Below the pieces are notes generated by a model. The model was not told the DNA's origin and did not search any database. It saw only the letters and a program-made list of their open reading frames with translations. From NCBI GenBank assembly GCA_963575745.1, contig CAUYUJ010000292.1:248001-312000 (forward strand): a stretch of 64,000 bases of DNA. The letters are read 5' to 3'. A program made the position numbers and the translations under genes. Source of the stretch: Prorocentrum cordatum (taxonomy: Eukaryota). Of the stretch, positions 53,471 to 64,000 are shown in pieces (position 1 is the first letter of the stretch; each line of letters opens with the position of its first letter).

Positions 53471-56400
53471 CTACTTTCTCCCCAACCCTTCCTCTCCTCC
53501 CAAACCCTTCCTTTTTCGTATCTCACCCGTCTCGTGGCCCTTCTCTTGGATGTGTGCCGAAATGGGCGGTGAACCGCATGCGGACCCTGCCACTGGGGCC
53601 TTCGGTGGAGCTCCCTATGGGGCGGCGGGGGAGGCGAGGGCGCGCGCCGAGCTCGGGGGGCGAGGGGCACACAACCTTTCGGCGGCGAGCGAAGGGGGGG
53701 AAACGAGAGGGAGAAGGCCTCCTCCGAAGGCTTGGAAGTCCCCTGGCCTTCTGAGAAGTTCTCTGAGCTTGCCCCGAAGACAGGTCAAAACTTGCCATAA
53801 GGCGCGAGGGCTTCTGAGAAGTCCCGCCGCCTTCTGAGGAGGCCTTCTCCTTCTCCTTGTCCCCCCGTCGCTCGCCGCCGAACCAGGGGCACGGCCTCGC
53901 GGGCCGTGCCGCTGCGCTGCGACGCCTGCCGCGGATGAGAGGCGCCTCGTGTCGCGGGTGCCCATGGCGAGGCGTGTCCGTGGGACCGCGTGGGACCGCG
54001 GGATCGTGCCCGAGTATCCGGATAAGCGAGGTGCGCTCGCGCCATATCTGACATGCTACCCCTCCCGCGCTGAATTGTTCTCGATCTGCCGACGGTTCTT
54101 ACCGGGCCTGGAGCCAAGGAGGGCGAAGGAGGGACCGGGGAATTGGGGGAGCTCCTTTGGGACGAACCCAGCCGGATACCCAGGCCTCCTCGCGCCGTGA
54201 AAAAATAGCGACAGGAGGGTTTTCGCAACTTTCGGCCTCTGGGGGCCCTTCCCGGCCCTCGGGAGCTGTAGAAAACGACTCGGGTTACGAAAACGGTCCT
54301 GGGGAAGGTGTCCAGACCTCTGGGGGTCGACGTTGTGAAAAAATCAAGACGTCGGGGGTCTGGGGATGAAGAGCCACAGGAGGAGAAGCTTGCTAAGTTC
54401 ATCTTGAAGACGCTCTAGGCGTTTTTCGGGCTACAGTTTTGTACTTTTTGGGCTCTTGACAAGCTGAACACGCTTAACAAAACGCAGCGCTTTCTGCTGC
54501 ATGTTGTACTCTGCTCACTGGAAATTGATCAAAACGATAAAGAATCCCTGGACACTCCCCTGGACAACCCAGACAACCCATGCTTAGTAGTGGCGACAAG
54601 ACGACCAATCAAAAACCAGACGATCCCTTTGACAAACCTGGACAACCCATGCTGATTAATGCCGACGAAGCAACCTACCCTGGACAACCCCCTGAACGAT
54701 CCAGCGGAGATCCGGACAACTCCACCAGACAACTCCACCAGACAACTCCACCAGACAACCCACCAGACACCCCACAATATATATATATATATGTATATAT
54801 ATATACATATATACATACAATCATTCGTTCAGTGCTTTCAGGCCCATCGCTTTGGAAACATGTATGTGTATCTATACATATATGGGGTGTATCCATGTCG
54901 TGGCCGGTCCAACGCTTCGCTTGCACAGATTTACACGTATCCCCCCAAACTACCAACTATCATGAACAACTACTTGGTTCACCCTAATGACGCCCTGGGC
55001 GTGTTTCTTTTACCGTTTCGTACTTTGAGCTCTGGGCAATCCAAACACGGTAAAAATATCCCAGTGCGACCCTACCTAGGAGTTGGAGCATTTAGGAAAG
55101 CAACATCTACATCTACACCGACAGCTACATTTACATCTACACCTGCATCTACATCTACATCAACATCAACAGCGAGACTCACATCTACATCTACATCTAC
55201 ATCTACACCTACATCTACATATACGAGAGAGCGCGCCCACAAGGCCCGAGCAAAGCTACACTGGGCCCGAGAGAGCCCGCCCACAGGGCCCGGGGAACCG
55301 CCCGGGGCGGTTTCCACTGCCCGGCCCCTTTAAGCCCAGAGAGTAAGAACCCTTCTAGGCAGAGCCTAGGTAGGGAACAAACGCGACGTTGTTTGAACGT
55401 TGTCAACATATTTTCTAACGACTTTAGACCCGCCGCTATGCGTCATGTAATTTTAAAAGCGCTTCTCGCTTTCTTGTCGAGGGCTGCTCCTTGTCTTCCC
55501 TGCCGTCTTCGCTCTCGCTCTCCCGCTCCTGCTGCTCCCCGTCCCCCGCCTCGCGCACGTGCTCCTCCCGTTTCGTGCCTCCCCGCCTTCCACCGCAGCT
55601 ATCAAGCACGAGGGGGTTTAGGCCGGCGCTCAAGGGCCGCGGCTCGCACACTCCAGTGGGCTTCCTCGATCATGTGCCCTTGCCTGTGAGAAAAAGCATC
55701 TGGACTTCATCGTCTCCCCGTCCCTCCCAGTCCGCGCGCACTGCAAAGCCCGTACAACACGCCGCAACACGGGTCTACCACCAGCGCGAAACAGTCCAAG
55801 AGGCCCCGCGACCAGCCAGCAACGGCGGCCAAAGAAGAGCAGAAGGAAACGCGATAATACTACCAGGAAAACCAGGCGCAAGGAAAATAAGCAAGGACGT
55901 CGTAGACGGCAGTGTAACACGACGCAATGACCTGACCTGAAAATACAACAACATCGATCCAGAAACGCACAGAAGCAGTTGCGTATAGCATGCTTAGTTA
56001 TTTCAGCTTGGACCTGAAAGAGCTAAAACAATGATTCCCAACACGCCGAGTAAAGAACTGTAAAACACGTCAGGGGCATAGTCAAGATGAGCAAAGTTGA
56101 GGGGGAGGAGGAGAAGGAGGACCAACCAAGACCAAATGCCTCCGTGGTGAGCGCCACGCCGTCCAATGCGTGGAAAAAAGACTGACAATAACACATCCGC
56201 CGTGGCAACTTGCGGTCCTGGCTCTCAGAGGTGGGGCGCGTGACCCCGAGGGGAGGGCGCGCGAGGCGAGGGCCCAATACACACAAATAAAAGGATCCCC
56301 TATATTTTCCCATATTTTCTGGGTTTTTGTCTTCCCCCCACTTCCCATATTTTCCCATATTTTCTGGGGGATCGACGATTGATTGTGTCTGTGTGTCTTT

Positions 56401-56949
56401 TTCCCTCCTGAGTCAGGAGAACGGCAGGAGGGGGGAAGGGGGGGGCCGGAAAGCCGACGGGCGAGAGGAGGCGGAGGCCACGAGCAAACGCTCGCCCCGC
56501 GCCGCCTCGGAGCCCATCCGCGGGATCTCGGCGGGGGAGGTGGAGAAGGATGAGGTGGGGGAGGAGACCGATGAGGAGGGGGAGGAGGAGGAGGAGGGAG
56601 AGGAGGAGGAGGAGGAGGAGGAGGAGGAGGAGGAGGAGGAGGAGGAGGAGAGGAGGAGGAGGAGGAGGAGGGGGAAGAGGGGGAAGGGAAGGACGGACGG
56701 ACGGACGGACGCTCGCGTGCGCGCCGGGGCGCGGTCCCTCTCGGAACGGAGCGGTGGCGCCGTGGCGCCAAGATACTGTGGTGTATGGTAAAGAATGCGA
56801 TCGAGACGCATAAAGAATTAGGTGCGTCAGAGGGGAGGGAGGGAGGAGGGAGAGGCATCCTTGTTGTCAGAGTCGTTGTGTGTGCGTGTCGTGGATAGTG
56901 ATGCCGTCGTTGATGCTTCACACTCGTATGGTCACATGGCAACCTCAAA

Positions 56950-57250
56950 TTTGGGAGCTGGAGTCGGTGAGATGGGATCCAGAAATGGAGCCGGAGTCGG
57001 AGAAATGAGATAGGCTGGGAGCCGGAGTCCGAAAAATGCAATGGGAGCTGGAATTGGAGCCGGGGTCGGAAGGATGTGAGCCGGGGTCGGAACGGAGGTC
57101 GGAAAGATGGGATCCGGCGTCGGAGCCGGAGTCGGAAAGATGGGATGGGATAGTCGGAAATTTGAGAGCTGGAATCGGAGCCGGACTCGGGGAAATGGGA
57201 TCCAAAGTTGGAGCCAGAGTCGGAAAGATAGGATGGGTCGGAAATCTTAT
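56950..57250. repeat. About 30-bp minisatellite GGAGCCGGAGTCGGAAAGATGGGAT
   Basis: About ten degenerate units directly beyond the RTE 3' end. Confidence 0.75.
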
Positions 57251-57296
57251 ACAGCGCACAGCCCAGCATGAAGGCCACATCCGCACATCTCTGCTG

Positions 57297-60200
57297 AGCC
57301 TTCTTCTTCTTCTGCAGCCCATCATACCGCTCCTTGGTACTCGATGTCGTGGTGTGTTGGTGCCACGTCGCTGGGTAGGAGTCTGTGTTGGTCGCCTGTG
57401 CTGCATTTGGTGTTGGTGTTGGCGCAAGGCGCCGGCAGTCGGTGTTGTAGTGCTTGGTTGTTGGTGGTCGGTGCTTGTGGTCGCGTGGTCGGCCGTCAGT
57501 GCTGCATGGCTAGAATCATGCAACGACGAAGTCTCTCTCGAGTGAGTTCCACCATGCCGTCCGTGTCGCAACTGTGAGCCTTACATCGTTGGCGTCGCGT
57601 TGTGTGTCATCGTCGCTTATCTGTAGATGCACATGGTGTAGGAACTTCCGCAAATCGTCGTCCCATCGCTTGTGCTGGCCACCGTGCTGTCGATAACCCT
57701 GTTGTTTTGTGTCCCTATTGGGATTCCATTTCAGAGCTCGCTGTGTCCACCTGTTTGGTGGGTGGGTCGCTACGCGTGCTGCCCACTGCCAAACCATTTT
57801 GCGATGCATTTGGGTGACGTCTGGGATGTCGTGCATGCTCATGAGTTCCTCCGCTTTGCGGGTGCACCGGCGGATGTAGTCAGACCAGAGCTCGGCATCG
57901 TCTGCCGCCTGCTGGCGTGTCTGGGTCGTGTGGGGTGGGCCGATGCTGTCGTCACTTGTTTGGGATGGGTCTGATGGAGTCGGAGGGTCGCTGGAAGCAT
58001 CGTGGTCGCTGGAGTCGTCAGAAGCGTTACCGTCGAGATCATCGTTGTCAGCGTTACCCGTCGCTGGGGTAGCATGCGTTGACGAAGCTGCTGACGTGTG
58101 TCGCCGCGGTGTCCCGATAATCGCTCTGACCATCCGTCGTTGCGTGCGGCCTAACTGCTGTTTGAGGAATTCTGTTATTGTCAATGACTATGCGCCGTAC
58201 ATCATTGTGGGTATGACGGTGCCACGGTACAGTCGTAGTCTGTGTTTGAGTGGGTGGTGCTTGCTCGTTAGTTCCTGTCTGTGCCTTGTGCAGCACGCCC
58301 ATGCCGCTTGGATGCGATGCTGGATGTCGGTCGCCGGTGCGTCTTGAAAAGATATGGTCTGGCCGAGATGTTTCAGCATTCCTGAAGGTGGTCATACTTC
58401 GATGTCCATGGTTGCAACTCTCGCCGAACGCGTCCGGGTCCTGGTCCGATTTGTCATGATCTTTGTTAAGGTCGGGTGTATTTTAAGGCCGTGAGGAGCT
58501 GCTGCCTTGATTAAGTCCCCAAACAGTGCCTTCAAATTGGGTAGTGTCTGACTGACCAGGAGGATGTCGTCGGCGAAGCGGATGTTGGTAAGAACAGATT
58601 CGTCGGTGTGCACTAATTGTATTCCTCGTCGTCGTCGCTGCCAATCCGGAATGAGAGGTTCCAGGGCGTGCTGCAGTAGAGAGTAAAAGAGCAGTGAGCT
58701 CAAAGGGTCTCCATGTTTTGTGCCTCGTCTCAGCTTGAAAAGGTTTGCTTGTGGAGTCGGTGCGGACAAAGGCCTTCTGGTCGCGGTAGAGACGCCGGAG
58801 CAGGTGGACGCACTCGGGTTGCACGCCTTGTTGTCGTAGTGCTGCCCATAGGCTGCTGTGCTCTACTGTGCCGAACGCTTTCTTAAAGTCTGCGGCAGCA
58901 ATCCAGAGGGTCTGGTTCCATTCGGAAGCTCGCTCTCGCAGGATGTTGAAAGTGAAGAGGTGGTCACGCGTGCCGCGTCCAGGTCTGAATCCCGCTCGGT
59001 CGTCGGGCTGGCGTTGTTCAAGGACTGGCTGTAATCTGTTGTTGAACAGACGACTGAATAGTTTGTATAGCATGGGTATCGTACAGCTCGGGCGGTAATT
59101 CTGTGGAAGAGATAAGTCACCCGATTTGGGGATGATTGTGATCACTGTTTTCCTCCAGCTTGATGGTGTAGGGGCGTTCGGTTTGAGGACGGTGTTGTAT
59201 AGCTGCAACAAGGCATTTTGAAGTTCCGGGCATGGTTTCTTGAACATTTCTGCTGTGATCCCTTTGGTGTCCAGTGACTTTCCCAACTTGAGATGCGAGA
59301 TTGCTGCGTCGAGCTCTTGCGCCGTAAAGGGTGTGATGTGCTGATGGGCGTCGGTCGTGCTTGGTGCTGCGTCGACGGTGTCGGTGGACTTGTACAGCTC
59401 CTCGTAGAACGTCACGAATACATCAGCACTGCCATGACGAGTCGTGCGCTTGGCGCCGTCGTTACCAACCATTTTCATGATGAGCGTTCGTCTTCTTCTC
59501 GTCTTGATGGAACTGACGCGCTTGAGGTCCCTGTATTGTTCGAGGATGGTGCTGATCTGCTGTCATCGTTTGGTGCGTTTCTGTTGTAGAATGTGTTTCT
59601 GTTTTGCTTTGCTGATCGTCCGCCGGCCGTTTGTGTCTGCGTTTGGGATACGTCTGCGCTGCTCCACAAGGTTGGTGATGATGTCGTCGCGGTTGGTTGG
59701 GTCGTCATAGTTTATTGTATTGTTGTACTGGTTTGTGCTTTCCTGGGGGATGTGCTGTGCAGCGTGGCGTCGTTCAAGCTCTTCTCGATTGTTTTGTTGA
59801 GATCGTCGGGGTGAGCTGGTAGTACTTCGGGTTGCAATTTGGAGCCCAGATGACGTCGATACTCGTTGGGGTCGGTCAATCATTGTCCTTGCTTGGTGGC
59901 ATGTCTGGCCTGTCAATGTTGTCTGTCTGTGCCGGAGCCCAACAATTTGAGGCGCATGTGCAGAGGTACCGCCTTGTGGTCGGAATTTTGGTCAATTGCG
60001 TTGCTGGCTTCGGCGTTCCGGCATGAAGGTAGCAAGCACCTGTCCACTAGTATGTAGTCGTACTGCCGAGGTTTGCCGCCTGTCGTTGTGTAGGTGATCA
60101 ATTTGTCTGGGCGTTTGCGGAAAAATGTGTTCCCGATTGCAAGCCTCTCGTTCGTAGCCCAATGTCGTAACCATTGGCCTCGGGAGTTTTCGTCGCCGAA

Positions 60201-60780
60201 CCCGTGGGGCCCCACGTAGTGAGAACAGATGTCGGATCGGGGTTGCGCAAAGTCAGCGTCGTCATTCGGACGTCCATTCGGGGAGCGCGGTTGGGAACCA
60301 ACTTGGGCGTTGAAGTCGGCACCCATGTGTGCGCATGCGTCGGGAACGTGCTTCACTGAGTAGAGCGCTGGCGGTGTCGTACAACTGCTGGATGTGGTGG
60401 TCCGTATACCCAGTGTGCGGAAAGGATGCCGATACCAATTGTAGTCGAAGCTTCCTCTTCCTGATGTTGAGCGCCGCGATTCTCGCATTGATGGCCTGGA
60501 ACTCTGACACGTGTTTGGTCCAACGCTTGTGCCAAAGGATTGCGACTACGTGGGAACGACTCTCGTTGCTAGAAACCGCAAAAGTGTGTCCATATGTAGT
60601 GATCCATCACTCACGTTCTATCGTCCGCCACGTTTCGCTGATCAGAACTGCGTTCCAATGCAAACCACGTAAATCATGCAACAGTTCATCGATCCGGTCG
60701 TTCGTCTCCAGGGATCTCGCATTTTTGTGGATGACTGTGACATCGATGATGCCAGACTCGTCGCAATTTGCCTCTTGATG
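57297..60780 (-). mobile_element. Decayed RTE-clade LINE (APE + RT)
   Basis: HKNARSL, LISETWR, GADFNA, NTFFRK, YDYILVD, SDHKAV; PKSGD..NYRP, ADFKKAF, GTKHGDPLSSLLF, RFADDILL, KHLG, KRWDDDL. A (GAA)n-type tail lies at about 57300. Many frameshifts. Confidence 0.9.
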
Positions 60781-61250
60781 CGTCGGATCGGGTAGGATCG
60801 AGGGGGAAGGAGAGGGGACGGGGGAGGGGAGGGGGGGAAGAGGGTTGGTCGACGCTGTTGGTCTGTGGTCGGTGGTGAATGGTGATGGGCGCTGTGAGTC
60901 TGTTGGGGTCGGCGCTGCTTGTGGTGGTTCTGGTCGGTGGTGGTCAACAGTGGGTGGTGGTGGGTGCTGCTGGTCGGTCGGGGTCGGTGCTGCTTGTGCT
61001 GTCGCTGTCCCGTGGTGGTCGGTGGCGGAGCTTGGCGCCTGTTTGTCTGTCGGTCGAGGTCAGTGCTGCTTGCCGTGATGCTGGCGGTGGTGGTCGGTAC
61101 TGGGTGTTGGTGGGAGGACAGAGAAGGACAGAGAGGGACAGAGGGGCGAGGGCGCGACCAGGTGTGTGTGTATGTGTGTGTGTGTGTGTTAGCCCCCCGC
61201 CCGCAAGGCGTCAGACGCCCGGGCTCCTCCCGCTCCCGCGTCCCCCTGGC

Positions 61251-61323
61251 CTCGGTGCCGTTGCCGTGGTGCACGTCGATGTCGACGATGGCCACCCGGG
61301 GGGCCATGTGGCGGTAGACGCAC
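61251..61323 (-). CDS. HDAC exon 2 (Zn-binding DxH motif)
   Basis: (R)CVYRHMAPRVAIVDIDVHHGNGTE. CAG acceptor, GC donor, phase matches the preceding exon. Confidence 0.93.
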
Positions 61324-62461
61324 CTGGCGGCGCGGCGGCGGCGTGGGAGCGGGCGGGCAGGGAGCGGGGAGAGAGGGGAGAGGGACGAGGAGGAGGGGCG
61401 AGCGACGATGCAGGAGGAGGCGTTTCAGGGAGAGGAGGGGGAGGCGATGCGGAGGCGAGGGGGGAGCGATGGGGCGGGGAGGAGGACGAGGGGAGTGTCG
61501 GCGTGAATGAACAGGAGAATAGAGAGCAGGCGGCGATCAGGAGGAGGCGAGGATGTAGTGGAGGCGGGGGGGGGGGGGAAACGCCAACTGCCTTCTTACG
61601 TCGCGCACCTTCTTTTTTTCTTGGGCACTTTCTTGCCGGCGCTCATCCCGAATTCAAAAACAACGGCACAGGAAATCCCCAAAGAGCGCCGATCAGGAAC
61701 TGTTGCTTCATTGGCATCTTGACGCGGCACCTTCGCCATAATGACAATATGCGACAAGCCCTCTCGTCTGACGTAGCAATGTGTTCGTGACGCGGTCCCA
61801 AGGACTTCTCGACTTCCCAATAGTCCCAAAGCCCCAGGCGGACTGGCGAGGGGCCACGACAACGCCAAGGTCCGATGGGCTACAGGTAATAGCTGTGAAC
61901 GAGTGGAGCCCAACCCGCTGTGCAACAACACAATGTGCACTCGGCGCGTAACGTGCTGGGCTATGCTTGACGATAGGACGTGTTCGGCCGCACAGCACGG
62001 CTACACTTTCCCACTTTCCTCCTGCTCATCTTCCCCTCTCCTTTCCCTCCCTCCCTCCTCGTTCCTGCTTTCCTTCCTCCTCCGTCTTGCCTCATTCCTT
62101 GCCCTCCCCTCCCTCCTCTTCCCTCCGTCCTCCCCCATTTCTCCTTCCCCCTTTCTTCGTCTTCTCCTCCTCCTCCCTCGCCCGATGCCCGAGCATCACC
62201 CCGCCCAGCGAGAGGATAGAGGGCCGAGGGAGGCAGAGCTTGACTCCTCCTGCTGGTCGTCAGCCTCCACCTCCTCCTTCCCCCTCCTCCCTCCCTCCCC
62301 GCTTCCCCGCTCCCTCCTCCTCTCCTCTGCTCATCCACTGCCTCCCCCCCTCCCCGTCCTCCTCCTCCTCCTCCTCCTCCTCCTCCTCCTCCTCCTCCTC
62401 CTCCTCCTCCCCGTCCTCCTCGTCCTCGCCCTCGTCCTCCTCCTCCTCCTGGGCGGACTGC

Positions 62462-62529
62462 CTGGCGTAGGCCGCTCCCACGGCAACATTGTTGAGCAGG
62501 CAGAACCCCTGGGAGCCCTCGTCGTCGTC
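62462..62529 (-). CDS. Histone deacetylase (class II, HOS3/HDA-like), first exon in window; the gene starts beyond the right edge
   Basis: Minus strand reads cag|GAC...TACGCCAG|gc and translates as DDDEGSQGFCLLNNVAVGAAYA(R), the HDAC GFC-x2-NNVA motif. 68 nt, ends in phase 2. Confidence 0.9.
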
Positions 62530-64000
62530 CTGCGAGGGGGGGCGCTCGGCAGCCGGGCCCTCCGGCCCTTCTGCTCATCGTCGGCCTCGTCCTCATCCTC
62601 CATTCCTCCTGCCCCTCCTCCCGCTGTCCTGACCGTTCCTGTCTCTCTCTCTCTCCATATCTCTCTCTCTCTCTTTCTCTGTCCTCCTCCACCCTGGTCC
62701 CCCTCTCTTCGCCTCCTCCTCTTCCTCCTCCTCCTCCTCCTCCTCCTCCTCCTCCTTCTCCTCCTGAAGACCGAGACGGACGGGGGCCAGGGACTGGGAG
62801 GAGGAGGGCCGAGGGAGGATCGGGGATCGGGGAGGGGCGCCGCGGGTCGTTGGGGATTTCGGGATGACTCTATGTGGCCCCGGGAGGGCTCCAGATAGCC
62901 CAAGATGGTTTCCACGATAGCACGATCACGATCGCACAATAAAGCCCTAGATTGCTCAAGATAGCTCCAACATGCCTCCAAGAAAAACCATGCCTGCCCC
63001 ACGGCTGCTCCAGGCCACGGGGTCTTCTAGGGAACCCTCCCAGAGACAAAACTCCCCCCCCGCACGCCTACAAGCAATACGTGCGTTTCGTATTCTCGCC
63101 CTTTCGCGTCCGATGGGCTCGTGAGGTCCCAAGATGGGCCCAAGACTGCCCCAATAGCGCCCACGAGCGCCCTATAAGCAACTGTTCGGCCCCCAGCGGG
63201 GTGATGGTAATTACATATTCCCTTGTTTGATGGATGGCCTCCAAGATGGCCCCACGAGTGCCCCCGCAGCCCCCAGGAGGGCCCCAGGAGACCCGTAAAG
63301 GCACAAAGCATGGCCTAAGATAGTTGCCAACAAGACCCCATCTCGAAACATCCGCAACATCATTTACGGTTGACTCCAGGGCCTGCCCAAAAAGGTCTAG
63401 ATCATTGTTCCACTGCGTGCTCTCGCGCATCCCGGATCCATGCAACCCTCGCCAGTGCGTCGTTGCCGGATGGGCTGGTGGGGATATTTTGTTGCTCGCG
63501 AGCGCAAGCGGAGGAGCCTCGCGCCGTCGCAAATGTCAAGCAAGCCTTACTGCCGCGGCCAGAGACAGAAACGACGAACAAGCAGCGCGCTCAGAAGTCA
63601 AAAACGGCCAAGCCCGCGAGCCGAGGAGTAGCCCTCAGCAAACTTGCCCTCAGAGAACTTGTCCCCAGCGACCTTCTCCTCAACGAACGTGTCATCAGCG
63701 AACTTATCTTCGGGGCACGGGCGCCGCCGCCGTCGTCAAGAACGGGTCCTGTGACCACGCCACGTATCCAGCCTCAAAGAAATGCCCTCATGAGTAACCT
63801 CCATCAGCCGGCTATGCGCGCCGTCCTATCAGTCGTACCACGGACCATATCCACCGAACGGAACCAGCGAAGAGCGACGAATGCAGGCCAAGGATGCACT
63901 GCGCTGACCAGAGCACCTCCCGCAGGGAGACAGCCGCAGGGAGAGGGCCCTGGTGTCTGCTGGCGCTGGTCCCAGTGTCGCGGGGGGAACGCCGTCGGCC

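Noticed and set aside
51149..53670. Long poly-Thr/Val/Leu ORFs
   Set aside because: They are translations of the (TAG)n microsatellite.
63320..63520. Minus-strand peptide QWNNDLDLF resembling an RTE C-terminus
   Set aside because: A single weak motif is not enough to call.

Overview
This is eukaryotic, GC-rich, repeat-dense DNA, and several hallmarks point to a dinoflagellate, probably Prorocentrum-like (inference): GC/GA splice donors, AG|G acceptors, a DinoSL spliced-leader sequence and TTTAGGG repeats. Almost the whole window is the interior of one minus-strand class II (HOS3/HDA-like) histone deacetylase gene. I reconstructed nine short exons (about 700 nt in total) that splice in frame across about 62 kb. 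The introns hold two divergently oriented APE/RT/RNase H non-LTR retrotransposons, a decayed RTE-clade LINE, a CRE-like LINE fragment split by a later insertion, a nested two-exon gene, an AT-richer intronless ORF, MITE-like hairpins, dispersed repeat families and many micro/minisatellites. The most striking observation is that the apparently full-length plus-strand retrotransposon starts exactly with a near-perfect dinoflagellate spliced leader (39877-39897). This suggests a LINE that moves through an SL-trans-spliced mRNA and inserts into GA/GGA microsatellites. Most entries in the ORF track are low-complexity artefacts. All assignments come from reading motifs by eye; no database search was run.
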